A stretch of 64,000 nucleotides of DNA from Stegostoma tigrinum (Eukaryota): the NCBI RefSeq assembly GCF_030684315.1, contig NC_081400.1, forward strand, positions 8,065,464 through 8,129,463, read 5' to 3'. A model generated the notes under the pieces. It worked only from the letters and a program-made list of their open reading frames with translations. It was not told where the DNA came from and searched no databases. A program made the translations under genes and the position numbers. Within the stretch, counting starts at the first letter, position 1, and the number at the start of each line of letters is the position of its first letter. Of the stretch, positions 1-14,029 are shown in pieces.

Positions 1-910
1 GAGTTATGGAAGTTGTTGGGTTCAGAGTATGCATTTGTGACAAGCTTATCCTTGTAATTGGAAACAGAAATGTGAAGGAAGGTAAAAGAAGATTTGAAGT
101 GGACCAGATGAAGGCAAGAAGGGGTTGGAAATCAGAAGCAAAGATGGTCATTCTGTTTCCAATTCTGCATGAGAGGAGCAACCAACAATGATGATGTCAT
201 CACTGTACATGAGAAAGTACTATAGAGAGAAACTGCGTAACATTGGAAAATGTAATATTCAACAGACAAAAAGACATGAATAACTATTGCCCATGCAGGT
301 TCTCATGGCCACAGCTTTGACATGAGAAAAGTGAGAGAAGTGAACGGGGAATATTTTACAGTAATGGACTGAATTTCATTGTTGTACTAGATACCATGCA
401 GGAATCAAAACACTTGTTCAATTGTTGTCAGAATGTAACTAGGTCTACATCATAACAGCAATTTCACGTTCACATCAACAATTCTTAGTGAACTACAGGT
501 AAAAAGACAAACAATGTGTTACAAAATATAAAATGCCACAAAATGTGAAGTTACGCTAAACCGCTTCAGAGGTGACCAAAATCCATGAACCCAGGAGTAT
601 AATTACAAGGATTTGTGCCAAAAACCTTGACCTAGCTTAAATGATGAACATTTAGAGAACTTTTGTTCTCAGTCAACACCAGCTTGTTCAAAAAATGCTA
701 AGAAATATAGATGAAAATTTGTATTTTTTTTGGCAACAATGTGCTAAAGCGTCTTCTAGAAAGTTAGGTAATATTGAAATGCCGTCACTCCCCGAATGCA
801 ATGAACGTGACAAATAATATTTGCAAAGTATTTTCTTGCCATTATGTATGAGCTAGAACTTGCGTCCTGAAGAATCTGGAGAAATCATCTTAACTACATG
901 TTTTCTTTTC

Positions 911-1190
911 AGAATCCCTACAGTCTGGAAACAGGCTATTTGTCCCAACAAATTTACACTGCCCCTCTGAACAGCATCCCACCCAGACCCCTTCTCCCAT
1001 TTTCCCAAGTCTCACCCACTTAACCTAAACATCCCTGGGCACTAGGGGCAATTTAGTATGGCCAATCCACCTACCTTGCAAACCTTTGGACTGCAGGAAG
1101 AAACCAACACAAACATGGGGAGAATGTACAAACTCCACACAGACAGTCACAGACAGAGGATGGAACAAAACCCGATCCCTGGCGCTGTCC
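911..1190 (-). mobile_element. HE1-type V-SINE (decayed)
   Basis: Reverse complement of the same SINE core (ccaatccacctacc..ctttggactg..aaactccacacagacagtc). Confidence 0.82.
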
Positions 1191-1505
1191 CACCTTTTGC
1201 CACATTAGATTTCCTTATGTCAAACCTGTGGTGTACATCGAGGGAAAGGCCACTGAGCGAATCAATGAATTGGCAGATCAAGTAGCTGTATTCAATAAGT
1301 TGAATAACATGAGTGAGACATAAATTTTAGAAATGTTTTCAAAAGAGACTAAATTTGCACATCACCTGATCATGATTGGAAATTGAGTTGAGGCCATTCA
1401 AGAGACAACAGCAATGATTCCCTGGAAGAAATTATGATGCTTCAGATTCTAGCATTCAACTTGTTCACCTATTTACTAAATTGGTAAACTAATTATATTT
1501 GGAAG

Positions 1506-1655
1506 NNNNNNNNNNNNNNNNNNNNNNNNNNNNNNNNNNNNNNNNNNNNNNNNNNNNNNNNNNNNNNNNNNNNNNNNNNNNNNNNNNNNNNNNNNNNNNN
1601 NNNNNNNNNNNNNNNNNNNNNNNNNNNNNNNNNNNNNNNNNNNNNNNNNNNNNNN
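1506..1655. other. Assembly gap (run of N) next to a CT-rich low-complexity tract (1656-1820)
   Basis: N characters in the sequence; (CTT/CCTT)-type simple repeat immediately after. Confidence 0.98.
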
Positions 1656-1884
1656 TCTCTCCTCCCTTCCTTCTTCCTTCCTTCCTTTCTTTTCTTCTTT
1701 CTTTCTTCCTTCCTTTCTTTCCTTTTTTTTATTTCTTCCTTTCTTCCTCACTTCCTTCCTTTCTTTCTTTCTCACTTTATTTTTTTCTCACTTCCTTTGT
1801 CAATTTCTTTCTCTCTTTCACCTGCTATTGAGACTTTTGCGTGTTTTGTTTTTGTTTGCCATAATCATGTTTATATTGTGTTCT

Positions 1885-4745
1885 TTCCTGCATAACACAA
1901 CCATTGTGTTCTGTTTCTGCAAAATCTTCCTTACTGTCTTGTTTTTATACCATCACATTGATTACTTGTTATGATCTCTCTACCTTAATCATTTTGTCCA
2001 GTTTTGGATGACTTATTGCTTTGTTTAGACAGTTGGCATGCAACTCTTATACCTATCATGTTATTCCAACCATTTGATATGTTTCCAGGATCACCTCATT
2101 TTTTTTTTGTAATTATCTCTCTGCATTAATATAGCAGACTGTAGGGCATCCTTTTGCGTGCTATTCAGCTGTTGACAGCTAACTCACACAGTCTGACACT
2201 TTTGATCACCTGCAAAGGCTTATTACTCAGCTTGCCGACACTTCATTTAAACCATTTGTACAATCATGTCATCGCTCTGCGAGCATTCATAAGTCTGTAT
2301 GTTTCAGTCAGATTTAAGATGCCTTCAACATCGGCAGAGGGGTTCTTACAAAGGATCCTGTTCCGCTAAACAATGGGATGTCCAGGATTGTTGGCTTTGT
2401 GCAACTTCAGAAGGCAGGAGAAGTCTCATATGTGAGAAGTATGTGGGGTGAGAAAGCATTTGATGCTGTGAAGGTCTGTATCATTTGTCTTGATCAGTCT
2501 GTTGAGTTGATGAGTGTGCTTTTTGGCCTGATTTGCAGGTAATTGTCTATAGTGTGCCTTGTTGTTCAGTTATCAGTATGCTTCTTTGCAATAATTTGTT
2601 CTACTTTTCATGATGATGGCTCTTCCTTTGTCTGCTGGTTTGATGGCCATGTTGTGATTGGTCTTGTGATCCTGGATGGAGTTGCTTTGTACTCAGACGA
2701 CATAGCTGATTAACATAGCTTTAATGCATATCCTGACAGCTTGAGTGTACACTTCGAGCCTTGGGCAGCAGTCTTCCAGAGGGATCTGCATCAACTCCTT
2801 CTTCTTTGGTTGCTGCATTGCAGATCTCTCTGTCAATTGTTTCAGTTTTTGTTTGTCTAATTGGGCTTGCTGTTGGGGTTTGATATCAAGAGACCCCCAG
2901 CTTCTGTGGCAAGACAACAGACCTTTTACAGAAACTCAGTGCCCAGAGAGCAGTCGAACCAGGAACATTCCTCTTCACAATGGACATTTCAGCACTCTAC
3001 ACTAGCACCACTTATGACAATGGCATTGTTTCAACAGCCTCATTACTCAATGACAAAACCTGTTAATTTCGAGATGCCATCCTATTACCCTTTCCACTTC
3101 ATCCTTGATATCTTCACCTTCAGCAACGAGCCCTTCATCCAGACACATGACCAGCCATGTGGACTAAATTTGTACCCCAAAACGCCAACGTTTTTACACA
3201 CAGGTTCCAGCAAGATTTATTTCCTGCTTCGGACATCCAACCAACGCTACACATCAAAAACAGGATGATGCTTTGTACCTTTGGACTCATGGTGATGAAC
3301 AACTGAAACGACAACACAATGATAGTGACAAATTTCATCCCACCACCAGACTTACAACAGACTGCTCCTCAGAGTCATACATCTTGGACACATACATCTC
3401 AATCAAGGATGGTCAACTCAGGACCGCACTCTGCTACACGCCCATGGATAACGTCATGATGATGCACTTCTCTAGCTTCAACTTTAAACATGTTAAAGGA
3501 ACCATTCCCTACCGACAAGCCCTCTATCTACCCTGCATCTGCTCAGACAAAGAGGAACACAACTGAAAAACATCCACATAATAACAAGAAACGAAGCTCA
3601 ACTCATGGATTATGCATTCCAATGTGCCACAGCAAAACACGACAGTGATCTCCTCAGAAGACAGACACAGTACACAACCGATACGGTAACCTTCATGGCC
3701 CAGTGCTTCCCTGGAGCAGTGAAATGATGCCATGTTTTTTGCAACCTTCAACGTATTCTTGATGGCAAAGAACATCTCGCCAAGATCATCTCTATTCATC
3801 CACTTCATGCCTTCAAACAACAATAAAGCTTAAGTGGGACCATTTTTCACAGCAAAGTGCCCAGCTTTTCGGGCAACATCAAACACAAAATCACATAACA
3901 CTGACTCAGCACCCTCTGCAAGAAAAGCCAGATCATCATCATGGACAATACCATTACAAGTGTGAACGCCACCTACCACATGCTTGGCAGATACTCATGC
4001 AACTCATTGCCCACAGTGTTCAGGGTTACGGTGCAAACAAGGATTCCCTGAGGCATGGCATATTTACAAGACCATGCAGACATTACAAAAATGGATGAAT
4101 GGACAACGTACAGCAATCGCCAGATAAGCATGTTCCTTCCCAAATGGGGAACATTTCAGCAGCTAAGGATATACAGCTTCTGACATTTGGGTAAGCATCG
4201 TGGAAGGCAGCCTTTGAGATACACAACAATGCAGAACGGCCGAGCAGAAACTGACAGCCCAGTTCTGTCCTCAGGAAGGCCGCCTCAACTGTGATCTTGG
4301 GTTCATGTCACATGACATGTAATCCCACCATATTGTTCTGTACCTGTAAAATCTTCTTTACTGTCCTGTTTTGACACCATCACATTGATAACCTGTTATG
4401 ATCTCTCTACCTTAATTAGTTTGTACAGTTTTGGAATACTTGCCGCATTTGTTCGCCCTTTGGCATAAAGCTCTTATAGTTATTACGTTATTGCAGCAAT
4501 TTGGATTGTATCCAGTACCATTTCATTTTATTATTTTGTAATCTCTCTGCCTCAGTTAGTCATTGCTTCTCTTGCTCTTCAGCTGTTGGCGCTTTACCCA
4601 CAAGGTCTGACACTTTTTCAGCATTTTGGTCATACCATTCGATCTCTCTGCCTATCAATTATGTGCACATGTACATCTCTTTGCTACACCTGACCAATGT
4701 GCAGCACTAAGAAAGCTTGTGATTTCAAATCAACCTATTGGGAAA
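1885..4745. mobile_element. Old Penelope-like element complex (3' UTR copy, inverted RT piece, plus-strand RT/GIY-YIG and 3' UTR)
   Basis: 1900-2290 resembles 4325-4680. Degenerate RT and endonuclease motifs lie on plus at 2900-4320 and an IKPADK-like region on minus near 2620-2670. Confidence 0.7.
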
Positions 4746-4829
4746 GAACTCTCGCTGTCTGGCTACTGACCTTGCCCACCCCAGGCTACCAGCAGCTCGT
4801 CCACATCATGGCAATTTCAAACTTGCCTG

Positions 4830-7350
4830 GATGCGGAGAGATGCTAGAATCCTGGGAAATGGTAAACATTTTGGCTCCTGTTCAAGAAAGTTTTTCAGGA
4901 CAATCCCTGTCATCAAAGACTGATTAGTATAACTTCGCTGGTGGAGATATTGCCAGAAGAAATTATTTGACTTTTGAATTAGCAGTGACTTGGAAAATGA
5001 GGGCTAGTTAATGCAAGTCGTTTTGTATTTCTGAATCTGAAACCTTGATCAAATAACCCTGTCTGAGGAGATAGTATGAAGACTGGACAAGGTCAACGGT
5101 GTTGATGTGATGTACATGACTTACAGAAGGTATTTGATACAGTGTCAAGTAAGAATCTTGTGAAGAGAATTACAGGTGATTTTAAAAAAGGGAAATTAGT
5201 AAAAACACTGAAACGTAGGTGAGTAAAAGGAAATAGATTGTATTAGTCAGAGACATTTTTTTCTTGCTAGAGGAATGGTTGGGGCGCAATAGTTAGTACT
5301 GCTGCCTCAGAGCACCCGTGATCTGGATTCGATGCCACCCTCCGGTGACTATATGAGTGGAGTTTGCACTTTCTCCCCGTCTTTGTGTGGGTTTCCTCTG
5401 GGTGTTCCAGTTTCCCCCAAAGTCCAAAGATGTGCAGGGTGGGTGGATTGGCTGTGCTGTAGCGCCCAGGGATGTTTGGGTTAGGCAGAGGAAATGTAGG
5501 GATAGCAGAATGTGGTCTGAGTGGGATGCTGTTCAGAGGGGCAGTGTGGACTTGTTGGGCCAAAAGGCCATTTTCCACACTGTAGGGGTTCTATGATTTT
5601 TAGATTGAAGAATGGAAGTCCTGCAGAAGTATAGATAATGTGGTGGGTTGATTTGGAAAGAAGTAAGGAGGGCAAAGAGACCAACAAAAGGATTAAAGAA
5701 AATCCCAAGCCTTTTTATAAGTATATTCAGAGTAAGTGGATGAGCAGGGAAAGAGTGAAACCGACTGGGGACAAAGGGATCAGTGCAATCCGTGCATCGA
5801 TCCTGAGGACGTGAATGAGATCTGGAATTAATTCTTATAATACATATTTGCAGATGAGAAAGACATCAGGATGTTTTTTGGGGTGTTCAGGTTTTAGAAG
5901 ATGTTCAGAGTAATAATCAGGAGATGGTAGAGGTTTTAATGGGCATGAAAGTGAATAAATCCTAGAAAGGCAGTGATTCATCAGTGATAATCAGCAGGCA
6001 TTTATTAAAGGGAAATACTGTCTGAAAAACGGCTTGTTTTTGAAAAGTTGACGAAGTATGTTGCCGAGCGTAGTGCAGTTGATATGCTTTACATGGACTT
6101 CTGTAAGTTTACAAGATTGCAGATAGAAAACCTATTCTGCAAGTTAAGAATCCATGAAATCACAGGCAAGTTGGCAAACAGGGTCAAAATTTGCTTGCAA
6201 GCAGGAAATGGTGGAGGGATACATTGTTTGTGATTGTAAAACTGCATCCAGCAATGCACTACAGGGATTGGTGTTGAAACCTGCTGTTTGTCATGTATAT
6301 TAAAGACTTTAATCTGAAAGCAGAAGATATAATTGGTAATTGTGCAGTTAACGTGAAAATTGGTGGTGTTCTTGATAGTGAGGAGGATGGTCTCAGCCTG
6401 AAATTTGATTTTTAAATTTTTAAAAATTAATTCACAGAATGAGGGCATCACTGGTTAGGCAGCATTTATTGCCAGGGCATAGCTGCGCAGCAGACAGTTG
6501 AGAGTCAACCACATTGCTGTGGGTCTGGAGTCACTTGTAGGCCAAACCAATTAAAGATGGCAGTTTCCTCCCCCTAAAAGACATCAGTGAGCCAGATGCA
6601 TTTTCCACAACAATCAAAAATGGATTCATGGGCGTCATCAGACTCATAATTCCAGGTTTCTTTAAAGTCGAATTTAAATTCCACCATCTTCCACAGCTGG
6701 AACACTTTTAGGAAATTGTTTTTCATCCAGAGGGTGATAGAAGCATGGCACTTGTTGCTTGAAAAGATTGTGATGACAATTGATGTCACAACATTTAAGA
6801 AGCATCTGGATAAGTATTTAAAATATGACGGCTTTATAGGCTATGGACCAAATGCAGGTAAATGCAAATTTTGTAGTTTGGTGTTTGTTGATCATCATTG
6901 ACATGTGGGCAGATAGACCTTTATTATGCTATGTGAATTCACGACTATAAGTTTTTATTGACCTTTTTGGAGACAAGAAAGTTGAGAGGTGATTTGATGA
7001 ATGGTTTCAATATCATGCGCATGATGGTTAGAATTGAAAGTTATAAGCTGTTTCTGGTCCTAAAATAAACAAGACTGAAAAGGTATAAATTTAAATTGAA
7101 TTGACAAAGAAGCAGGAGGATGGGAGTAAAACAATTTTTTTTCATATAGTGTGTAGTTCAGTTTTGAATTTGACTGCCTTGAAATTTGGAGGAAGTAATT
7201 TCAATCGAGGCCTAGGTATGGTATTATTTTGCATTTAGAAACAGTGTATAAGAATATGAAGAAAAAGCAGAATTTCACCAGTAATAATGCACGTTTGAAG
7301 TGTCAATGCAGTCATGATGTTCCAAATTGTCTCCTTCAGAGTCTTAATGA
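4830..7350 (+). mobile_element. Patchwork of decayed CR1 fragments with SINE insertions
   Basis: VDMLYMDF, FFIQRVIEAWHLL; a minus-strand SINE at ~6420-6700. Confidence 0.65.
5279..5598 (+). mobile_element. HE1-type V-SINE
   Basis: tRNA-like head (gttagtactgctgcctc..ggattcgatgcc), V core (ggagtttgcac..gggtttcctc..tccaaagatgtgcagg) and CR1-derived tail. Confidence 0.88.
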
Positions 7351-10300
7351 TTTCATAATTCGGCAATGAAATCAATATAGTCTTGTTCTCATGTTCCTTT
7401 TCCAACGGGATCAAGGAATCTATCTGCCAGTTCCTCATAACACCTACATAAAGCTCTTTTGTTGCAATTATTCCAATTTGCCAAGTTTGATCAGAGTTTG
7501 CAATCAACACTTTAAATTTCTGTAGGGTGTATTATTGATAAGAGCAAATTTACAACTTCTGGAATTAGGTTGGCTCAGAATTTGAAAGGTTTCCTTTAAA
7601 CAAATCCCATAAAACAGTTGCAAAATTTAAGGCTTCTGGCTAAAAAAAAACTGAGCTATTTTACGTATCGTTTTCCTGCTGAATAAAATGACCGACAATT
7701 TCGAGTTGTTTTAGTTGTCGTTCAGTTCTGCCACCATTGCAGAAAATAATTGTCCCTCATCCAGTGTAAGAAAGAAGTTTCGGGATATATTCAAGTAACA
7801 CTATGTATTTTGCATGGAGGTCATAGGGAATTAGGAAAAATGTGCAAAGACTTGTTTTGATTTGGCATTCCTAATTATATAGTCTTGTAATCTGAGTAAT
7901 TTTTTCAACAAATAACAGATGCTTCAGTTTGTGAATTTAAAATATTTATCTTTGTTATCTTCAGTTCAAGAAAATAGCACATGTATTTTTACATTGTGAG
8001 TTTGCAGTTATAATTCTCTCTCCAATGGTCTTCAACATCACCATGGGATGAAGAAACAGGAAACTGCATTCTGATAGCAAATGCTCTGAGGCCATTGAGT
8101 TCTACGTTTCTATCTTTACATCGTGGTGCTGTTTAGTTTTGATTCTTCAATAGAACTGCTCAGTGTATTTTTTTCACAATGTTTGATTTTTCCCTTTATG
8201 TGAGATAATTGGAAAATTAATAATAAATCTCTGAATTCATGTGATCAGGAGGTAAATACCTGAAGGTTATGTTTTCTCAAGATGTGTGTTTCAACTTCAC
8301 TGGTTTTATGTAACAATATTTAAGATGGGTACATATAGCTACAGCAATCTACTAAACTCACTGCGAGGATGCTAAATGGCATTTTTTTTACCATTTTGAT
8401 TGAACTGAGAGTAGTTGAAAATGTTGATCTCTATATTTAAAGTACACAATTATAACTAAGTACAGAATGATGCTTCATGGCATAACAACATGGCTATCAT
8501 TATTATATAATAGGAATATACAACAGAAGTGTTTCCTTTGGGTGTAAAATGATACAGTTCACGGATGTGCAGCAGGCAAGAAACCTGCCATCATTCCTCA
8601 GCATGGCCTACCTGTGACCAGAAACCCGTGGTAATGTGGCTGCCTCATAACTGCTCGTTGGGCAATTAGGGATAAGCAACAAATGCTGGCCTGGCATTGG
8701 GATTTTCTATTTGTGCCAATGTCATATTAAGCAAAACTGATTGTTTTAAAAATGTGAACGTTTCTTTAGAATCATTCAGGAGCATGGACATCATTTACCT
8801 AGCCACCTTTTAATATTCTGAATTGCTTTTGGGAATGAGGTGTTGAACTGCATTATTTAACAGCTACAATACATGTGATGTCTGCTCATCTGCAAAGTTG
8901 AAAGGAAGTAAGTTCAATTATTTTCACTTAGTGACTGTGAAGGATGAGCGACATATTTCTTAGTCAGGGCTGAGATTGGTTTTGAGGAGAATTTATACGA
9001 GATATTTCTATGTGTGTGTTGGCATTGTCCTTCTAAATTTCATGGGTGTTGGTTTTGAAAGACCCATCAGAGGAATGTCCATAAATTTCTGCACTGAATC
9101 TTCTCGATGGCTTAGCGCTGCTACTGTACAATAGTGGAAGAACTATTTGTTCATGTTGTGCCAAAGAGACAGACTGCATAATCCTGCAGAGTGTAGAGCA
9201 TCTTGGGTAGTGCTCAAGTGGCATTCATTCGGGTAACTGGACAGCACTCCATCACCCTTCATATTTACCTTGAACATGTTGAACAACCAGTGTGAACTCA
9301 GGAGGTGAAGTACAAAAAGAGAACCAAGAGAACAGATTGGACAGATTTCAGAAGCTGAGGAATTGAAATACTCAAGTTAAAACACCACTAGCCTCTAGGG
9401 GTATGGCGATGCTAGCTTACGCATTTGATGAAGATTGATGAACAATGCGGTATTCAGTCTTCTATTTAGGAAGATTATCAGCGAAATAATATGTTGCTAT
9501 CATTGGGATAGTTAAATAAATAAATTTACTGTTGTCAGTCACTGGTTGCAGAAAACTTTTATGGCATAGTAAAATTACCCTGAAGAGGCGATAACGCAAT
9601 GAATTGTTAATGTAAGAAATTACAAAGTCAAAGAATGACTAGCTAGCTATTCATCCCTTGATAACTATTACCATTTTAAATTGTTTGCTTTTAAAAATCA
9701 ACCAAAAATGCAATAAACTACACTATTCGATATCCAGTTTTGTCATTTTAGAAATATTATAGAAAAAAGATGTTGGTATGCAACGTGCAGCAGACTGAAT
9801 GCCAGCTGAGGAAGTGTGACTTCACTACCTTTCAAAACGCTAACATAAAATCTGGTCTTGGATAAAAGTTAAAACTACAAACGTTTCACATTTGGTGTAC
9901 TGCCACATTGAAAACAAGGAATTCATATTTGTGACAACAAAATATTGAGGAATATGGTTGTATTTGTTGCAAGATGATTTAAGTACATGAGCAATGATGC
10001 ATAGGTCGAATTGTTGAATGCTTTTGAGGCGTTACAACTCAGTACATGTGCCTTCTTGACTCCAAGAAAGAGTTTCAAAAAAGGGTGTGCAAATTTTTCA
10101 GGATTATCTGTAAATATTAATTAATTTATTGCTGAGGCATGAACATGTACGCAATGGTGAGGATCTTAATAAATTGGATCTGTGCTACCTAGATTTCTGA
10201 AGAATAAGTGCTGAGCAAATTGCGGGGATGAAGATTTGGATAATATTGGCTACTGATATAAACATGCATGAACCTTTGCAATAATTGATTATAAGATACC

Positions 10301-10849
10301 TGTTTTATATCTTAAACAAAGTACTTATCAATTTATTAGATGCAAATGACATTATCAGAGAAAGAAACGAAACACCATGGTAAGATCATTTGTATTTGTG
10401 CCTTAAATGCGAAACATTTTTCCATGCTCATTCGTACAAGAGATAGACAGACAACAATCACAATTCAGGGATAAATGCCAGAAAATAACAAAGCTGACCA
10501 GATTATTTAATTGCCTTCTCGCTGTGCTGTTTACAAGACTTGCTAATTGTTATTTATAGGCAGCGCTAGATAATCTTTCTGTCTCTCAGTAACCTGAAAA
10601 TCAAATTTGAAAATTCATCCGAGGCACTGTTAGAGCCTTCGCTAATTTCTCTTTCTCCTTACACAAATTTTAAATTAGGAGTGTGAAATAACTGACGGAC
10701 TTTCAGGTAGCTTTAGATAAGAAAACCAAAATACAGATAAAGCAATCTTTGATTGTGATTCCATGTTTGGAGGATAATTTCAGCCTGCGCCTTGATTAGA
10801 ATATCTAATAGGCACAATGACCCTTGGGAAAAGCATTGTGTTAGTTTGG

Positions 10850-11677
10850 AGTGTGATCCTGAAAAGTGTGAGGTGATCATTTTGGAAGGTCAAACTTGAA
10901 AGCAGAATATAGGGTTAATGGAAAGATTCTTGGCAGTGTGCAGGAGCAAACGGATCTCAGGGCTCATGTCTGAGGTTCCCTGAAAGCTGCCACCCAGTTG
11001 AATACAGTTGTTAAGAAGTTGTATGATGTGTTAGCTTTCATTAATAGAGGGATTGAGTTCATGAGCCATGAAGTTATGCTCCAGCTATGCAAAAGCCTGG
11101 TTCGGCCACATCTGGAGTATTGTGTCCGATTCTGGTCACCTCATTACAGGAAAGATATAGACGTGTTGGAAAAGGTGCAGAGGAGATTTACCAGGGTGTT
11201 GCCTGAAATGGAAGGAAGATCTTATGAGGAAAGGCTGAGAGAGCTAGGGCTTTTCTGTTTGGAATGATGAAGGATGAGAGGTGACTTGAAAGAAGTGTAC
11301 AAAATGATCAGAGGTATAGATAGAATAGACAGCCAGAGACATTTTCTTAGGGTGGAGGTAGCTATTATGGTGGGGGGGGGGGGGGGGGGCGGTGGTGGGG
11401 AATTTAGTTTTCAAGTAATTGGAGGTAGATGTAGGGGAGATGTCAGAGGTAGGTTCTTTACTCAGAGAGTGGTCGGGGCATGGAATGCTTTGCTGGACAG
11501 GGTAATAGAGTCAACCTCATTAGGGGCATTTAAGCAGCTATTAGATAGGCATATGGATTTTAATGTTGGGGTGGAGCTTAGATAGACGTTAGTTTTACCA
11601 TAAAGGTTCGGCATGGCATCCTGGGCTGAAGGGCCAGTTCTGTGCTGTACTGCTCCATATTCTATGTTCTATGTTCT
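10850..11677 (+). mobile_element. CR1 LINE 3' fragment
   Basis: LVRPHLEYCVRFWSP, FFTQRVVGAWNAL, (TTCTATG)n tail. Confidence 0.92.
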
Positions 11678-12083
11678 AAAACCAGTGCCAGTTTCATTGG
11701 AACATCGCCTGTTGCAACAGTCCAGATTCTCAACTTCTACTCGACTGACTTTATTTCTCCCAATATCTTTTAAGAAAGACTATAAAATTCTTTATGCAAA
11801 ACCAAATTGCTGCAGATATTCTCTTCTCAATTAACAACGTTTCTGAGGTCTGCAGCTAACACAGAAAAAAATATCTGGGAAATGTTCATTGTTCTGTCCT
11901 TCTGCAAGGGGCAAGTCAACTGGGTCCATTTACTGCTCCTAGATAACAAGTGTAGAGCTGCTTGAACGCAGCAGGCCAAGTAGCATCTTAGGAGCATAAA
12001 AACTGATGTTTCGGGCTCTCACCCCCATTTACAGGTCCTGCCCATTTTAAAATATAAACAAAAACTATCTTCTCCAGACAATT

Positions 12084-13630
12084 GAGATAACAAGGTGTAT
12101 AGATGGATGAACACACCAGGACAGGCAGCACCAGAGGAACTGGAAAGCTGATGTTTTGTGTCTTGTCCCTTCTTCAGAAATGTGGTAGGGGAAGGGGGCT
12201 CAAATAAATAGGGAGGAGGCGATGATGGAAGGTGTATAAAGGAGCAGATAGGTGGAGAGAAGATGGACAGGTCAAGGGGACAGGGACAGAGCCAATAAAT
12301 TTGAGTGCAGGTGGGGAGTTGGTATGGAGTTTGGTCAGTCGAGGAAAGGCGAACAGGTTAAGGAGTTGGGGCTGGGGCTGGTAGGTAGGAGTTGGGGCTG
12401 GGGAGTTGGTCAGTGAGATGAGAGGAGTGGTCAGGTCAGAGAAAAGATGCACAGGTCAAGGAGGCGGGAACGAGCTAGGCTGGTTTTGGGATAACGTCGG
12501 TTGTTTGGAGATTTTGAAGCTTGTGAAGATCACATTGAGACCATTGGGCTGCAGGATTCCCAAGTGAAATATGAGGTGCTGTTCCTGCATCCTTCGGGTG
12601 GTATCATTGTGACACTGGAGGACGCCCAGATGGAAATGTCATCCAAGGAGTTGGAGGGGGAATTGATTTGGTTCATGACTGGGAGGTGCAGTTGTTTGTC
12701 ACGAACCGAGCGTAGGCATTCCACAAAGTGGCCTCCAAGCCTTCGTTTGGTTTCCCCGATGTAGAAGAGGACACATCAGGAACAGTGGGTAAATTATACC
12801 ACATTAGCAGAAGTGCAGGTGAACATCTGTTTAATGAGGAAGTTTTTCTTGGGATCTGAGATGGGGCTGAGGAGGGAGGTGTAGGGGCATGTGTCGCACT
12901 TCCTGTCATTGCAGGCAAAAGTGCCGGGCCTGGTGGGACGAGTGAGGTGCGTGGAGCAGATGAGGGTGTAGCAGAGAGTGCGGTCCCTCTGGAGGAAGAT
13001 AAGAGTTGGGAGGGAAAAATGCCCTTGATAGTGGGTTCAGGTTGCAGGTGGTGGAAGTAGCAGAGGATGATGCGTTGAATCTGGAGGTTGGTGGGGTGGT
13101 ATGTGAGCACGAGGGGGATTCTGTCTTTGTTGTTCTTGTGAGAAAAGGAGTCTGGGTGTGAGTTGCAGGAAACACGAGAGATGCTTTTGAGGGCATTTTC
13201 GAGTTCGGCTAAGCGGATAAGGGTGTCAGCGAAGGGGGACTGTTGGCCTGTGGGAGACAAAGAAGCAGAGGGCCGCTTAGTCAAACCCGTCCTCAACCTT
13301 AACAACCTTTCCTCCAACTCCTCCCAATTCCTACAGACAAAGAGGGTGGCCATGGCTACCCGCATGGCCCCCATGTTCCAAGCTATGCCTGCGTCTTAGC
13401 AAGATATGTGGAACAACCCCTCTTCTGCATCTACACTATTTGCATCCCCCACTTCTTCTTTTACATCACTGACTGTATTGCCACATGGAAACCAATATCT
13501 ATTTCAAGCCCAACGGCTCCCACAGCTAACGAGAATGCACATCCTCTCACAGAACCTCCTGCATGAATGCCATACGCTCTTCCCACTTGCTTCACCTCTG
13601 CTGTATTTGCTCCCGAGATGAGGCACACCA
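12084..13630. mobile_element. Decayed Neptune fragment with an internal inversion
   Basis: Minus: DTLIRLAEL, RIPLVLTYHPTNLQIQRII, LRSVRDKQLHLPV. Plus from ~13270: VLNLNN..QFLQTKRVAMATRMAP. Confidence 0.85.
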
Positions 13631-14029
13631 GATTAATTCCAGCATATTATGTACTCGGTAATCTACATAGCTCCATGATCACGCATTTCTATGCAATTCT
13701 TTCACATGTGACAACACAGTTTTCCAACAATACATGTATGCTATTCCCCTCAACTATTGTTGATTTCCAATTCTTATGTCTCTTTGAAGAGGAATTTTCT
13801 CTGGAATATGAATTAGATTGATTATACAGAGCTCATGTGTTTTTTTCGACGCAGGTCTGCCTGGAATGAGGCAACATGCTTTTGATGTAAATTTTTACAT
13901 CATTTCATAATATTAAATGCACTGATCAATGCTCACATTAGGCTATCTATACCAAAGAAAATAAACCACAGACTATTGATTTATTTTTCTTGCTTGCAGA
14001 GTCACTTAGTGTTGTAGTTATTTAAGCAG

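Noticed and set aside
1476-1831. Lys/Glu-rich and Phe/Leu-rich ORFs
   Set aside because: These are translations of a CT-rich simple repeat and the N gap.
10543-10593. Alternative terminal exon VTERQKDYLALPINNN*
   Set aside because: Phase-compatible and has YxxL, but it is more distant with a weaker acceptor than 19278; probably chance, though not excluded.
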